Shown here: one piece after another, positions 10,874-19,462 of the stretch | Layout of the letters: every line of letters begins with the position of its first letter | Position numbering within the stretch: the stretch's first letter is position 1 | Origin: a virus | Lineage: Duplodnaviria; Heunggongvirae; Uroviricota; Caudoviricetes | DNA: 64,000 nucleotides | Reading direction: 5' to 3' (one strand) | Virus record (IMG/VR): IMGVR_UViG_2534681834_000006 | Position numbers and translations under genes: made by a program | Notes under the pieces: generated by a model | Database searches by the model: none | What the model saw: the letters and a program-made list of their open reading frames with translations, nothing else | Told to the model about the DNA's origin: nothing

Positions 10874-11913
10874 AAAAACCTCTCGTCACCCGTAATGACA
10901 TAGCCGAAGCGATCGCCCTGCATACTGCCTGTATGCCGACACGGGAGATCCCCGGCGCAATTGCCAACTATTTCATGATAACCAGACGTTTTTATACCCG
11001 AACAGATAAGGCTGTGATCAACAGGCTACTGATAGCCGAGATCAGGGATTATTTGATTGAACAAGGACGTCTACGTTACGCAACGGTGGCAGCAGAAATG
11101 AGAAAGGAGGCACATAGAATGACCAGTAATAATTTGAATGTTAAAAAACCAGCATCTGTTGCTTCAGCTACGCCATCACCAGCTGTGAATGTTATCTCCA
11201 ACACTGGAGACACAATCGACAGCCAGACGCTGTTAAAGATGGTCAATGAAGCGCGTAAGTTATGTGGGGAACCAGAGGTTCGGAACAACAAATTCATCAA
11301 AAAAATACTCGACGAATTAGAAGGTGAGGACGGTTACACAAAAAGTGCAACCGTGCCGCCAGGTGGCGGTACGCCTATGGTTGTCATAACCATGACCTAC
11401 AAACAAGCCCTGCGAGTCGCCGCGCGCGAGTCAAAAGCAGTCCGCCGTTCGCTGATCGACAAACTGGAAGAATTGCAGCAGGCAAACTCCCCTGCCCCAT
11501 CGATCCCCCAAACATTACCAGACGCTCTACGCCTGGCTGCCGAGTTGGCAGAACAGAAAATGCAGTTGGAACAACAGCTGGTGGCCGCAGCCCCTAAAGT
11601 CGATTTTGCCGACCGGGTATCAGCGGCTAATGGAATCCTGATCGGGAACTTTGCAAAGGTCGTTGGACTTAAGCAAAACGCCCTTTTCTCATGGTTGCGC
11701 CAGAACGGCATTCTCATGGCTTTTGGTGCGCGCAAAAACGTACCGCGCCAACAGTACATCAACGCCGGGTATTTCACGGTGAAAGAAGTGGTGCTGGATG
11801 ATGAAAATGGCTACCAGATACGGCTGACGCCCCAATTAACGGGTAAAGGCCAGCAGTGGTTAACTCGCAAGCTACTTGATGCTGGTTTGTTAAAACCAGT
11901 AGCAATAGGTTAA
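10870..11913 (+). CDS. ant1: antirepressor Ant
   Basis: 347-aa ORF; C-terminal ~130 aa shared with KilA C-terminus (Ant/KilA-C domain). Confidence 0.75.
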   Translation: MKKPLVTRNDIAEAIALHTACMPTREIPGAIANYFMITRRFYTRTDKAVINRLLIAEIRDYLIEQGRLRYATVAAEMRKEAHRMTSNNLNVKKPASVASATPSPAVNVISNTGDTIDSQTLLKMVNEARKLCGEPEVRNNKFIKKILDELEGEDGYTKSATVPPGGGTPMVVITMTYKQALRVAARESKAVRRSLIDKLEELQQANSPAPSIPQTLPDALRLAAELAEQKMQLEQQLVAAAPKVDFADRVSAANGILIGNFAKVVGLKQNALFSWLRQNGILMAFGARKNVPRQQYINAGYFTVKEVVLDDENGYQIRLTPQLTGKGQQWLTRKLLDAGLLKPVAIG

Positions 11914-11924
11914 CAAAAGAAAAA

Positions 11925-11950
11925 ACCTGCCAGCAAACTGGCAGGTTTCT
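11925..11950 (+). terminator. hairpin terminator after ant
   Basis: ACCTGCCAG-CAAA-CTGGCAGGT stem-loop followed by TTCT. Confidence 0.4.
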
Positions 11951-11990
11951 GAGCAGATCGTCCAACCCGATCTGGATCGAGTTAGAAAAA

Positions 11991-12007
11991 TTTGCTCTAA
12001 TAAATTT
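11991..12007 (+). promoter_or_regulatory. C1 operator-like 17-mer upstream of kilA-repL
   Basis: tTTGCTCTAATAAATTT, 1 mismatch. Confidence 0.65.
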
Positions 12008-12076
12008 CGTTTTCTAAGTGCAAAGAATCACCATTTCGAGCTGGTGATTGAAGGTTGATGCAAATTTGGAGAAAAA

Positions 12077-12877
12077 ATGCAACAAACATTCAATGCGGAT
12101 ATGAATATATCAAACCTTCATCAAAATGTCGATCCTTCAACCACTCTGCCCGTTATTTGTGGTGTTGAAATTACGACCGACCGCGCTGGCCGTTACAACC
12201 TTAATGCTCTACACAGAGCGAGCGGACTCGGTGCCCATAAAGCGCCAGCTCAATGGCTAAGAACGCTGTCAGCTAAACAGCTCATCGAAGAGCTTGAAAA
12301 AGAAACTATGCAGAATTGCATAGTTTCGTTCGAAGGCCGTGGCGGCGGCACTTTTGCCCATGAATTGCTCGCTGTGGAGTACGCAGGCTGGATTTCTCCC
12401 GCGTTTCGGCTGAAGGTAAACCAGACATTTATCGACTATCGAGCTGGAAGATTACAACCTGCTATTCCGCAGAGTCTCCCTGAAGCTCTCCGTTTGGCTG
12501 CCGACCTGGCAGAGCAAAAGCAACGGCTGGAGCAAAAAATGCTTATGGATGCACCTAAAGTCGAATTCGCCGAACGCGTTGCTACCGCCAGCGGGGTTCT
12601 AATCGGCAACTATGCCAAAGTGCTCGGCCTGGGCCAAAACTATCTCTTCACCTGGTTGCGTGATAACGGAATTCTGATCGCAACCGGTGAACGCAGGAAC
12701 GTCCCCAAACAAGAATACATATCCCGTGGGTATTTCACCCTTAAAGAAACCGTGATCGATACAAGCAATGGAAGCAGGATTTCTTTCACGACTCGTATAA
12801 CCGGCAAAGGTCAGCAGTGGCTTATGAAGCGATTGCTTGATGCTGGTGTGCTGGTGCCTGTCGCGGCGACGCGCTAA
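12077..12877 (+). CDS. kilA: KilA (KilA-N domain protein with Ant-like C-terminal domain)
   Basis: 266-aa ORF; position before repL; C-terminus paralogous to Ant. Confidence 0.75.
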   Translation: MQQTFNADMNISNLHQNVDPSTTLPVICGVEITTDRAGRYNLNALHRASGLGAHKAPAQWLRTLSAKQLIEELEKETMQNCIVSFEGRGGGTFAHELLAVEYAGWISPAFRLKVNQTFIDYRAGRLQPAIPQSLPEALRLAADLAEQKQRLEQKMLMDAPKVEFAERVATASGVLIGNYAKVLGLGQNYLFTWLRDNGILIATGERRNVPKQEYISRGYFTLKETVIDTSNGSRISFTTRITGKGQQWLMKRLLDAGVLVPVAATR

Positions 12878-12906
12878 CAGACGTAGTAAGAACCACCAGC
12901 ATTGTA

Positions 12907-13752
12907 ATGCTGGCTAAAGTCACTTTCCTGAGCTGTATAACGATGAGCGATTTTACTTTTTCTGGCTATGAATTGGCCTGCTTTGTAACACACTCCGGTC
13001 TATCCCGTAGCGCCGGGCATATCTTGTCGCAATGTGCAAATCTCGCGGCAACAACCAGTGAATACTTCATTCACAAGCCTCACCGCCTGATCGCGGCAGA
13101 AACTGGTTATAGCCAATCAACCGTCGTTCGTGCATTCCGTGAAGCTGTAAACAAAGGAATCCTGTCTGTAGAGATTGTTATCGGCGATCACCGTGAACGT
13201 CGCGCTAACCTGTACCGGTTTACACCATCCTTTTTGGCCTTCGCACAACAAGCCAAAAATGCGCTGATTGAAAGCAAATTAAAGATCTCTTCAGCGGCAA
13301 CCAAGGTTAAAGCTGTTCTCGCTAAGACATTGGCTTTATTTAATTTTTTATCCACACCCCCATGTCAAAATGATACCCCCTCCCCCTGTCAGGATGACGT
13401 GGCAATAAAGAATAAGAAGTCACAAGTTAAAAAAACAAAAAGATCAGTTTCCGGCGGTGCCGGAACGACCAGACTCAAAAAATTGACTTCATGGATCGCT
13501 GAGGCAAAAGCAAAGGCTGACAATCTGCGGTTATCCAAAAAACGCGCTCAAAAACATGAGTTCAAGCAGAAAGTAGAGGCGGCAGCGCGGAAATATGCTT
13601 ACCTGAAGGACAAGCGTTCTCCTGATATTGGCGGGATATCAAACTTCGATAATCTGCCGCATTGCATGACGGTAAACGAAGCTCTTAATGCGGTTTTAGC
13701 CAAAAATAAAGATAACGAACAATGGGGTATACCGGCAGGATTCAGAGGGTGA
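12907..13752 (+). CDS. repL: lytic replication initiator RepL
   Basis: 281-aa ORF directly after kilA in an operator-controlled operon, as in P1. Confidence 0.7.
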   Translation: MLAKVTFLSCITMSDFTFSGYELACFVTHSGLSRSAGHILSQCANLAATTSEYFIHKPHRLIAAETGYSQSTVVRAFREAVNKGILSVEIVIGDHRERRANLYRFTPSFLAFAQQAKNALIESKLKISSAATKVKAVLAKTLALFNFLSTPPCQNDTPSPCQDDVAIKNKKSQVKKTKRSVSGGAGTTRLKKLTSWIAEAKAKADNLRLSKKRAQKHEFKQKVEAAARKYAYLKDKRSPDIGGISNFDNLPHCMTVNEALNAVLAKNKDNEQWGIPAGFRG

Positions 13753-14048
13753 TAGATTGCTCTAATCTGGAGTCACCTGGCGTTTTCGGTTTGAGGTCGG
13801 AGATGCAATCTGATTTTTTACAGTTAGCGATCGCTTTTGCAGGATATGTTTGTATTGGCTTCTGTGTATACATGATCAGCCGAAAAATGCTTGTCGATAT
13901 CGACCGCAAAGAACAAGCAGAGGAGATCTTAGTATGGATTTTCTTTGGCGCGGTCTGGCCATTAGGGATCATGTTTGCTGCAACATTTCTTCTGATGTGG
14001 ATATTCACCCTTCCAGGTGATTTCTATAGAAAAAAAGCCAGACATTGA
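13722..14048 (+). CDS. small two-helix membrane protein
   Basis: hydrophobic segments IAFAGYVCIGFCVYMI and IFFGAVWPLGIMFAATFLLMWIF; start codon uncertain (alternative at ~13803). Confidence 0.4.
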   Translation: MGYTGRIQRVIDCSNLESPGVFGLRSEMQSDFLQLAIAFAGYVCIGFCVYMISRKMLVDIDRKEQAEEILVWIFFGAVWPLGIMFAATFLLMWIFTLPGDFYRKKARH

Positions 14049-14229
14049 TACAATCGTTGCGGGTGCTTGAGGCTATCTGCTTCAGGCATTACCCGAAAAG
14101 CAGATAGAAGAAAGCCCCAGATAACATTACGCGTCCTGCAAGACGCTTAACATTAATCTGAGGCCATATCTATGCTTAGCATACGTAGATTAGCCTCTTA
14201 CCGACCAAAAGGTCAAGGAGAAGCAGGCT

Positions 14230-14385
14230 ATGAAGCAGCATAAAGCGATATTAATCGCTCTGATCGTCATCTGTTTAACCGTCATTGTGACGGCACTGGT
14301 AACGAGGAAAGACCTCTGCGAGGTACGAATCCGAACCGGCCAGACGGAGGTCACTGTCTTCACAGCCTACGAATCTGAAAGGTAA
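14230..14385 (+). CDS. hok: Hok/Gef family type I toxin (51 aa)
   Basis: MKQHKAILIALIVICLTVIVTALVTRKDLCEVRIRTGQTEVTVFTAYESER; classic Hok/Gef motif; not in ORF track because shorter than 60 aa. Confidence 0.85.
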   Translation: MKQHKAILIALIVICLTVIVTALVTRKDLCEVRIRTGQTEVTVFTAYESER

Positions 14386-14397
14386 GAGACCTGGCGG

Positions 14398-14407
14398 GGA
14401 GAGATCC
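14398..14407. repeat. left target-site duplication GGAGAGATCC of IS186-like element
   Basis: identical 10-mer at 15746-15755 directly abutting the other IS end. Confidence 0.75.
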
Positions 14408-15745
14408 CATAAGCGCTAACTTAAGGGTTGTGGTATTACGCCTGATATGATTTAACGTGCCGATGAATTACTCTCACGATAACTGGTCAGCAATTCTGGC
14501 CCATATTGGTAAGCCCGAAGAACTGGATACTTCGGCACGTAATGCCGGGGCTCTAACCCGCCGCCGCGAAATTCGTGATGCTGCAACTCTGCTACGTCTG
14601 GGGCTGGCTTACGGCCCCGGGGGGATGTCATTACGTGAAGTCACTGCATGGGCTCAGCTCCATGACGTTGCAACATTATCTGACGTGGCTCTCCTGAAGC
14701 GGCTGCGGAATGCCGCCGACTGGTTTGGCATACTTGCCGCACAAACACTTGCTGTACGCGCCGCAGTTACGGGTTGTACAAGCGGAAAGAGATTGCGTCT
14801 TGTCGATGGAACAGCAATCAGTGCGCCCGGGGGCGGCAGCGCTGAATGGCGACTACATATGGGATATGATCCTCATACCTGTCAGTTCACTGATTTTGAG
14901 CTAACCGACAGCAGAGACGCTGAACGGCTGGACCGATTTGCGCAAACGGCAGACGAGATACGCATTGCTGACCGGGGATTCGGTTCGCGTCCCGAATGTA
15001 TCCGCTCACTTGCTTTTGGAGAAGCTGATTATATCGTCCGGGTTCACTGGCGAGGATTGCGCTGGTTAACTGCAGAAGGAATGCGCTTTGACATGATGGG
15101 TTTTCTGCGCGGGCTGGATTGCGGTAAGAACGGTGAAACCACTGTAATGATAGGCAATTCAGGTAATAAAAAAGCCGGAGCTCCCTTTCCGGCACGTCTC
15201 ATTGCCGTATCACTTCCTCCCGAAAAAGCATTAATCAGTAAAACCCGACTGCTCAGCGAGAATCGTCGAAAAGGACGAGTAGTTCAGGCGGAAACGCTGG
15301 AAGCAGCGGGCCATGTGCTATTGCTAACATCATTACCGGAAGATGAATATTCAGCAGAGCAAGTGGCTGATTGTTACCGTCTGCGATGGCAAATTGAACT
15401 GGCTTTTAAGCGGCTCAAAAGTTTGCTGCACCTGGATGCTTTGCGTGCAAAGGAACCTGAACTCGCGAAAGCGTGGATATTTGCTAATCTACTCGCCGCA
15501 TTTTTAATTGACGACATAATCCAGCCATCGCTGGATTTCCCCCCAGAAGTGCCGGATCCGAAAAGAAGAACTAACTCGTTGTGGAGAATAACAAAAATGG
15601 TCATCTGGAGCTTACAGGTGGCCATTCGTGGGACAGTATCCCTGACAGCCTACAAAACGCAATTGAAGAACGCGAGGCATCGTCTTAACGAGGCACCGAG
15701 GCGTCGCATTCTTCAGATGGTTCAACCCTTAAGTTAGCGCTTATG
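14408..15745 (+). mobile_element. IS186-like insertion sequence (IS4 family), 1338 bp, intact
   Basis: 23-bp perfect terminal inverted repeats CATAAGCGCTAACTTAAGGGTTG / CAACCCTTAAGTTAGCGCTTATG; single transposase ORF; 10-bp TSD; inserted in G-run/C-run hairpin. Confidence 0.85.
14457..15737 (+). CDS. IS186-type transposase (DDE, IS4 family)
   Basis: 426-aa ORF filling the IS; true start may be an internal ATG. Confidence 0.8.
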   Translation: MPMNYSHDNWSAILAHIGKPEELDTSARNAGALTRRREIRDAATLLRLGLAYGPGGMSLREVTAWAQLHDVATLSDVALLKRLRNAADWFGILAAQTLAVRAAVTGCTSGKRLRLVDGTAISAPGGGSAEWRLHMGYDPHTCQFTDFELTDSRDAERLDRFAQTADEIRIADRGFGSRPECIRSLAFGEADYIVRVHWRGLRWLTAEGMRFDMMGFLRGLDCGKNGETTVMIGNSGNKKAGAPFPARLIAVSLPPEKALISKTRLLSENRRKGRVVQAETLEAAGHVLLLTSLPEDEYSAEQVADCYRLRWQIELAFKRLKSLLHLDALRAKEPELAKAWIFANLLAAFLIDDIIQPSLDFPPEVPDPKRRTNSLWRITKMVIWSLQVAIRGTVSLTAYKTQLKNARHRLNEAPRRRILQMVQPLS

Positions 15746-15755
15746 GGAGAGATCC
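15746..15755. repeat. right target-site duplication GGAGAGATCC
   Basis: direct repeat of 14398-14407. Confidence 0.75.
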
Positions 15756-15800
15756 CCGCCACTCTTCGTGTGTCAGGTATCCTCAATGCACCCTTTCCTC

Positions 15801-15829
15801 TCCAAATAAAAAAGCTCCCGAAGGAGCTT
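15801..15829 (-). terminator. rho-independent terminator at end of minus-strand structural operon
   Basis: AAGCTCC-CGAA-GGAGCTT hairpin followed on minus strand by TTTTTTATTT. Confidence 0.7.
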
Positions 15830-15849
15830 TAAAATACAAGGGATGACTC

Positions 15850-16359
15850 TTAATCCCAATCAATCCAGTTGTAGACGATACGAAGTGACGGGCGCACAGC
15901 AGCAGTCACATCTTCGGTACTAAAGTCGATTGCATCACTGTAGATTTTGCAGTCCAACATTTCAATTGTTGTAGCAGCTTTTGTCACAGCGTTAACCCCG
16001 GAAGATTTGGATTCAGGGGTAGCAGCCATCGTGATATCAACATAGTCCTTCGCCGCAATGCGATCTTTAATGAACTGAAGAATATCGCCTTCGATAGTCT
16101 CCACGCACTGGACCTGGATTTCCCCGGAGTTACGGATTGGACCGTGCTGGTTGAACTTCACACCATTCGGACCATAGTCCTCCACATCCTCGCGGGTCAT
16201 TTCAGGAATTTGCGACGTGCGAACCAGTACGCTGATATCTTCATGGCCTGCAAAAGTGAGCTGGAATTCAGAAGATACCAGTCGTTCGCCTTTGGCCGCG
16301 TTGGCAGTATAGCGGCCCTTAATAAATTTACGGTTTCCCTTAGTGTTATTGTGCCCCAT
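15850..16359 (-). CDS. phage structural protein (possible tail tube-like)
   Basis: 169-aa ORF, last gene of operon before terminator. Confidence 0.45.
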   Translation of the reverse strand: MGHNNTKGNRKFIKGRYTANAAKGERLVSSEFQLTFAGHEDISVLVRTSQIPEMTREDVEDYGPNGVKFNQHGPIRNSGEIQVQCVETIEGDILQFIKDRIAAKDYVDITMAATPESKSSGVNAVTKAATTIEMLDCKIYSDAIDFSTEDVTAAVRPSLRIVYNWIDWD

Positions 16360-16370
16360 ATAAAATCCTT

Positions 16371-16952
16371 TTACTGGAACGCCCGAACAATATCGGAGCT
16401 ATTATATATCGAAGAACCGGTCAACTGGAGGTTGACGGTGTTTTTCAGGAAATGCCCATTGCTGTCCCTGGGCGCATCGAGATCGAAACTTATGTCCTGG
16501 ATAGCGACATCAATGATGTTGATCCGGCGACCAATGTTTAGCGTCACACGCTCCGGGATTCGACCACCAATGCTGGCATCTTTAAGTTCCGGGCTAATCA
16601 TCGCTGACAATGCGGCGATAGCTCCTGAAACCTCCGTGAATGGGTCAAACAAAGCGATGAAAGTTACTGGCAGCGTGAAAGTCGGCGGTGTTCCCCCCTC
16701 CCAAACCATTAAGCTGTTCCAACGGGCCACCGACGTTGTTTCAGTACCAACCTGCGCAAAACCACTGAAAGCACCAGCAACAGACCCCATGGACATACCG
16801 GTAAACGGCGCTTCCCAATTCTGGGCCATGTTCATTGCTGCCCCCTGGCTGATATATCCGGTAACCTGGTACTGAGAGTTCGTTAAAGTAACTTTCAGAA
16901 ATGGCGATACACCGTCAGCCTGGCTGTAAACCCCATAAGGTATAGGTGCCAT
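16371..16952 (-). CDS. phage structural protein
   Basis: 193-aa ORF in structural operon. Confidence 0.45.
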   Translation of the reverse strand: MAPIPYGVYSQADGVSPFLKVTLTNSQYQVTGYISQGAAMNMAQNWEAPFTGMSMGSVAGAFSGFAQVGTETTSVARWNSLMVWEGGTPPTFTLPVTFIALFDPFTEVSGAIAALSAMISPELKDASIGGRIPERVTLNIGRRINIIDVAIQDISFDLDAPRDSNGHFLKNTVNLQLTGSSIYNSSDIVRAFQ

Positions 16953-16987
16953 TCAAGTTAAAGGCCGGAGTTCTCCGGCCTCCTCCT

Positions 16988-17803
16988 TTAGCCAAGGCGC
17001 TTACGGCGCAGTTTCATTGACTTTTTGCGGGCAAGTTTTGCCGCGCCGGTCTGGGCTTTTCGACGCGCTTTTTTCAGCGCCGATTTTTGAGCCGCAGTCA
17101 GACGTTTTTTACGCAGGCGTTTACGGATGAGTTTGATCTCACCGTTACGAACAACCTTCTTAAATGCTTCAGTCAGCATTTCATCAGAAGTGCCAGCAAC
17201 AACAAACGCCGCTTCCAGTTCGTCGCGGTCGTCGCTATCTAAACCAGCGATAGAGGCACCAACATCAGCAGCAGCGTCGTCGTCTTCATCGTCAGCCAGT
17301 GCTTCGATCAGGTCATCATCTACACCGCATGCTGCGAGGAAGTCAGCAACATTTGCCCATGCTTCGTTATAGGCATCGTCCTGTTCTTCTGTAACTTCGG
17401 AGTCGTCGTCATCAGAGATACCAGCGATAGCCTGAACGAAACCATCAAGGGAGTCGAAAGTCAGATCACCGCTATCAGCCCAGGAGAAAACGGCGTCGGC
17501 CGCATCACTCAACGCATTCTGCATAGCACTTCGATTTGCAGCTTCCAGAATCATCTGGTGCGCCTGTTCGACGGTCCATTCTTTACCATCTTTCCCTTCC
17601 AGGATTTGCTCAGGAGCCGGATCAGATGGAACATTATCGTTAGTCTGTGCCGCCGGTTCCGGATTATTATTAATAACCGGATCTGTTGGCGGTTCGGCGC
17701 TTGCTCGGGCAGACTCCATCAGCTGCACAGGATCAGAGTTCAAAGCGAAACGGGACAGTCCATTCCCCAAAAATGCCCCGGATTGAAAAAAGTTTTTGCT
17801 CAT
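16988..17803 (-). CDS. acidic protein with strongly basic C-terminal tail (scaffold/internal-protein-like)
   Basis: 271 aa; Asp/Glu-rich core; C-terminus KLIRKRLRKKRL...RKKSMKLRRKRLG. Confidence 0.5.
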   Translation of the reverse strand: MSKNFFQSGAFLGNGLSRFALNSDPVQLMESARASAEPPTDPVINNNPEPAAQTNDNVPSDPAPEQILEGKDGKEWTVEQAHQMILEAANRSAMQNALSDAADAVFSWADSGDLTFDSLDGFVQAIAGISDDDDSEVTEEQDDAYNEAWANVADFLAACGVDDDLIEALADDEDDDAAADVGASIAGLDSDDRDELEAAFVVAGTSDEMLTEAFKKVVRNGEIKLIRKRLRKKRLTAAQKSALKKARRKAQTGAAKLARKKSMKLRRKRLG

Positions 17804-17812
17804 TGTATTCCC

Positions 17813-19402
17813 TTACTTAATAAGCAGCGGTACGCCCTGGATACGACGGGCTACGCCAGTCGGGCAGCAGGCCCAGACTACTTCCCATTTATCGAATTCC
17901 GCCTGCGTAACTTTCAGCACATACGGTTCTGTACCGTCAGCATCGGGATCACGAGGAGCCACCAGAGCGCCGGAGGCGACAAAGCGATCTAAAAGTTTGG
18001 TCATCCCTTTAGTCAGGCCAGCCGCAGTAATACCGTCCGGGCTATGCTTCATCTGTCGGGCTAACTGGACAAAGAAACGGCTGATTGCATTCATCAGGGA
18101 TGGGACGTGCTGGAAGTGCAGATAGTTATCCTGCGTGCAGCAAGTTAAAGCATCGTCGATGATCATCTGGCCAGAGGTGCCAACAGATACTTTATTGAGA
18201 CGGCCCTTGACCATTGCTTCTTCGTCCGGGGTATCTTCCGGATACAGCGGTTGAATTGACGCACGAGCAATGACGGCACGTTCTTCACCAGCCGGTGAGT
18301 AATGCCAACCGCCGACATCAGAGTTTTTCTTGACGCCATGAGCTTTCGCCGCATACGCCACGCCAGACAGACCAAAGACCACACGGGATTGGGTCCATTT
18401 GTCTTTGCAGGAGAACGGGTAGTGATAGACAGAACAGCTTACATAATCGGTACCAAGTAAACCGGTACCCTCAACAGCTGTTAGTGCTTCTGCGTACCTT
18501 AATGTCGGTTTGACATCAAAGAAGCCATCAATCAGGCGATCTGCACAGATTTTACCTAATGCGGTGATAGCCGCATTGTCATAGCAGCCCAGGCCAAGAA
18601 CAGCGGTGTACATGTACGGCGCATTGTTCAGCACTTTCACCGCACGCAGGTACGCAGCGGTTGAGATTTTCGACTGATCACCGTTGGTACCACCAGTGAA
18701 CGCCAACGATTTTTTGTTTGTTACTTTCGCTGTAGAAATCAGATCTTCATTAACAACCGCGCGCAGATATTTAGAACGAGCTTCCAGAGCCGTAGGCAGA
18801 TAACACAAGCGGCCCATGTCATCTTTCGCTTCTTCCGCCAAAGACACAGTGTGTGTCTCCAGGGTCGTTACCACACCAAGCGAAGTCGTCTGGGTCAGTT
18901 TTAAGATGAAGCGTTCATTACTCGCGCTGTCCGCTGTTGCCGTTTCGATGGTTAACTCACGGGTAGGTGAAATACACGGATCACCATCATCAACGTAGAT
19001 AGCAAAGGCTTCGCCGCTATCAAGTTCAATTTCAGAACCGTATGGCAACGCACTGTAAGCCGGTTCGCCTGATTCATCGAACATAATAATCGGGAACTTC
19101 GCATCATCCGGAACAGCACGGACAACATAACCAGACGTTTGCTGAATAGCTTCGTATACATGGCGAATTGGTTCGAACTGTGGGCCGGAAGACGGCTTCA
19201 GCGGTTCGCCGAGAACATCTTCGTAATTGGACTCAGTAACCGCAAGAACAGTAAACGGCTTGCCACGCGCAAATACGCCAATACCAGCCCACAAGCTGCT
19301 ATTTAATGCAACACCGGTAGATAACGTCGCATCGGCATTGATCGGGCTAACCGCGACGCCGGATGCATTACCTAATGACTGTTGAATTGAATATTGAGAC
19401 AT
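17813..19402 (-). CDS. putative tail sheath protein
   Basis: 529-aa ORF; size and position next to head gene; assignment tentative. Confidence 0.4.
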   Translation of the reverse strand: MSQYSIQQSLGNASGVAVSPINADATLSTGVALNSSLWAGIGVFARGKPFTVLAVTESNYEDVLGEPLKPSSGPQFEPIRHVYEAIQQTSGYVVRAVPDDAKFPIIMFDESGEPAYSALPYGSEIELDSGEAFAIYVDDGDPCISPTRELTIETATADSASNERFILKLTQTTSLGVVTTLETHTVSLAEEAKDDMGRLCYLPTALEARSKYLRAVVNEDLISTAKVTNKKSLAFTGGTNGDQSKISTAAYLRAVKVLNNAPYMYTAVLGLGCYDNAAITALGKICADRLIDGFFDVKPTLRYAEALTAVEGTGLLGTDYVSCSVYHYPFSCKDKWTQSRVVFGLSGVAYAAKAHGVKKNSDVGGWHYSPAGEERAVIARASIQPLYPEDTPDEEAMVKGRLNKVSVGTSGQMIIDDALTCCTQDNYLHFQHVPSLMNAISRFFVQLARQMKHSPDGITAAGLTKGMTKLLDRFVASGALVAPRDPDADGTEPYVLKVTQAEFDKWEVVWACCPTGVARRIQGVPLLIK

Positions 19403-19462
19403 AACTTTCCCTGTTATGCGCCCCGCACGGGGGCGCTATGTTAAACGGAGAACTTCCCCTGA

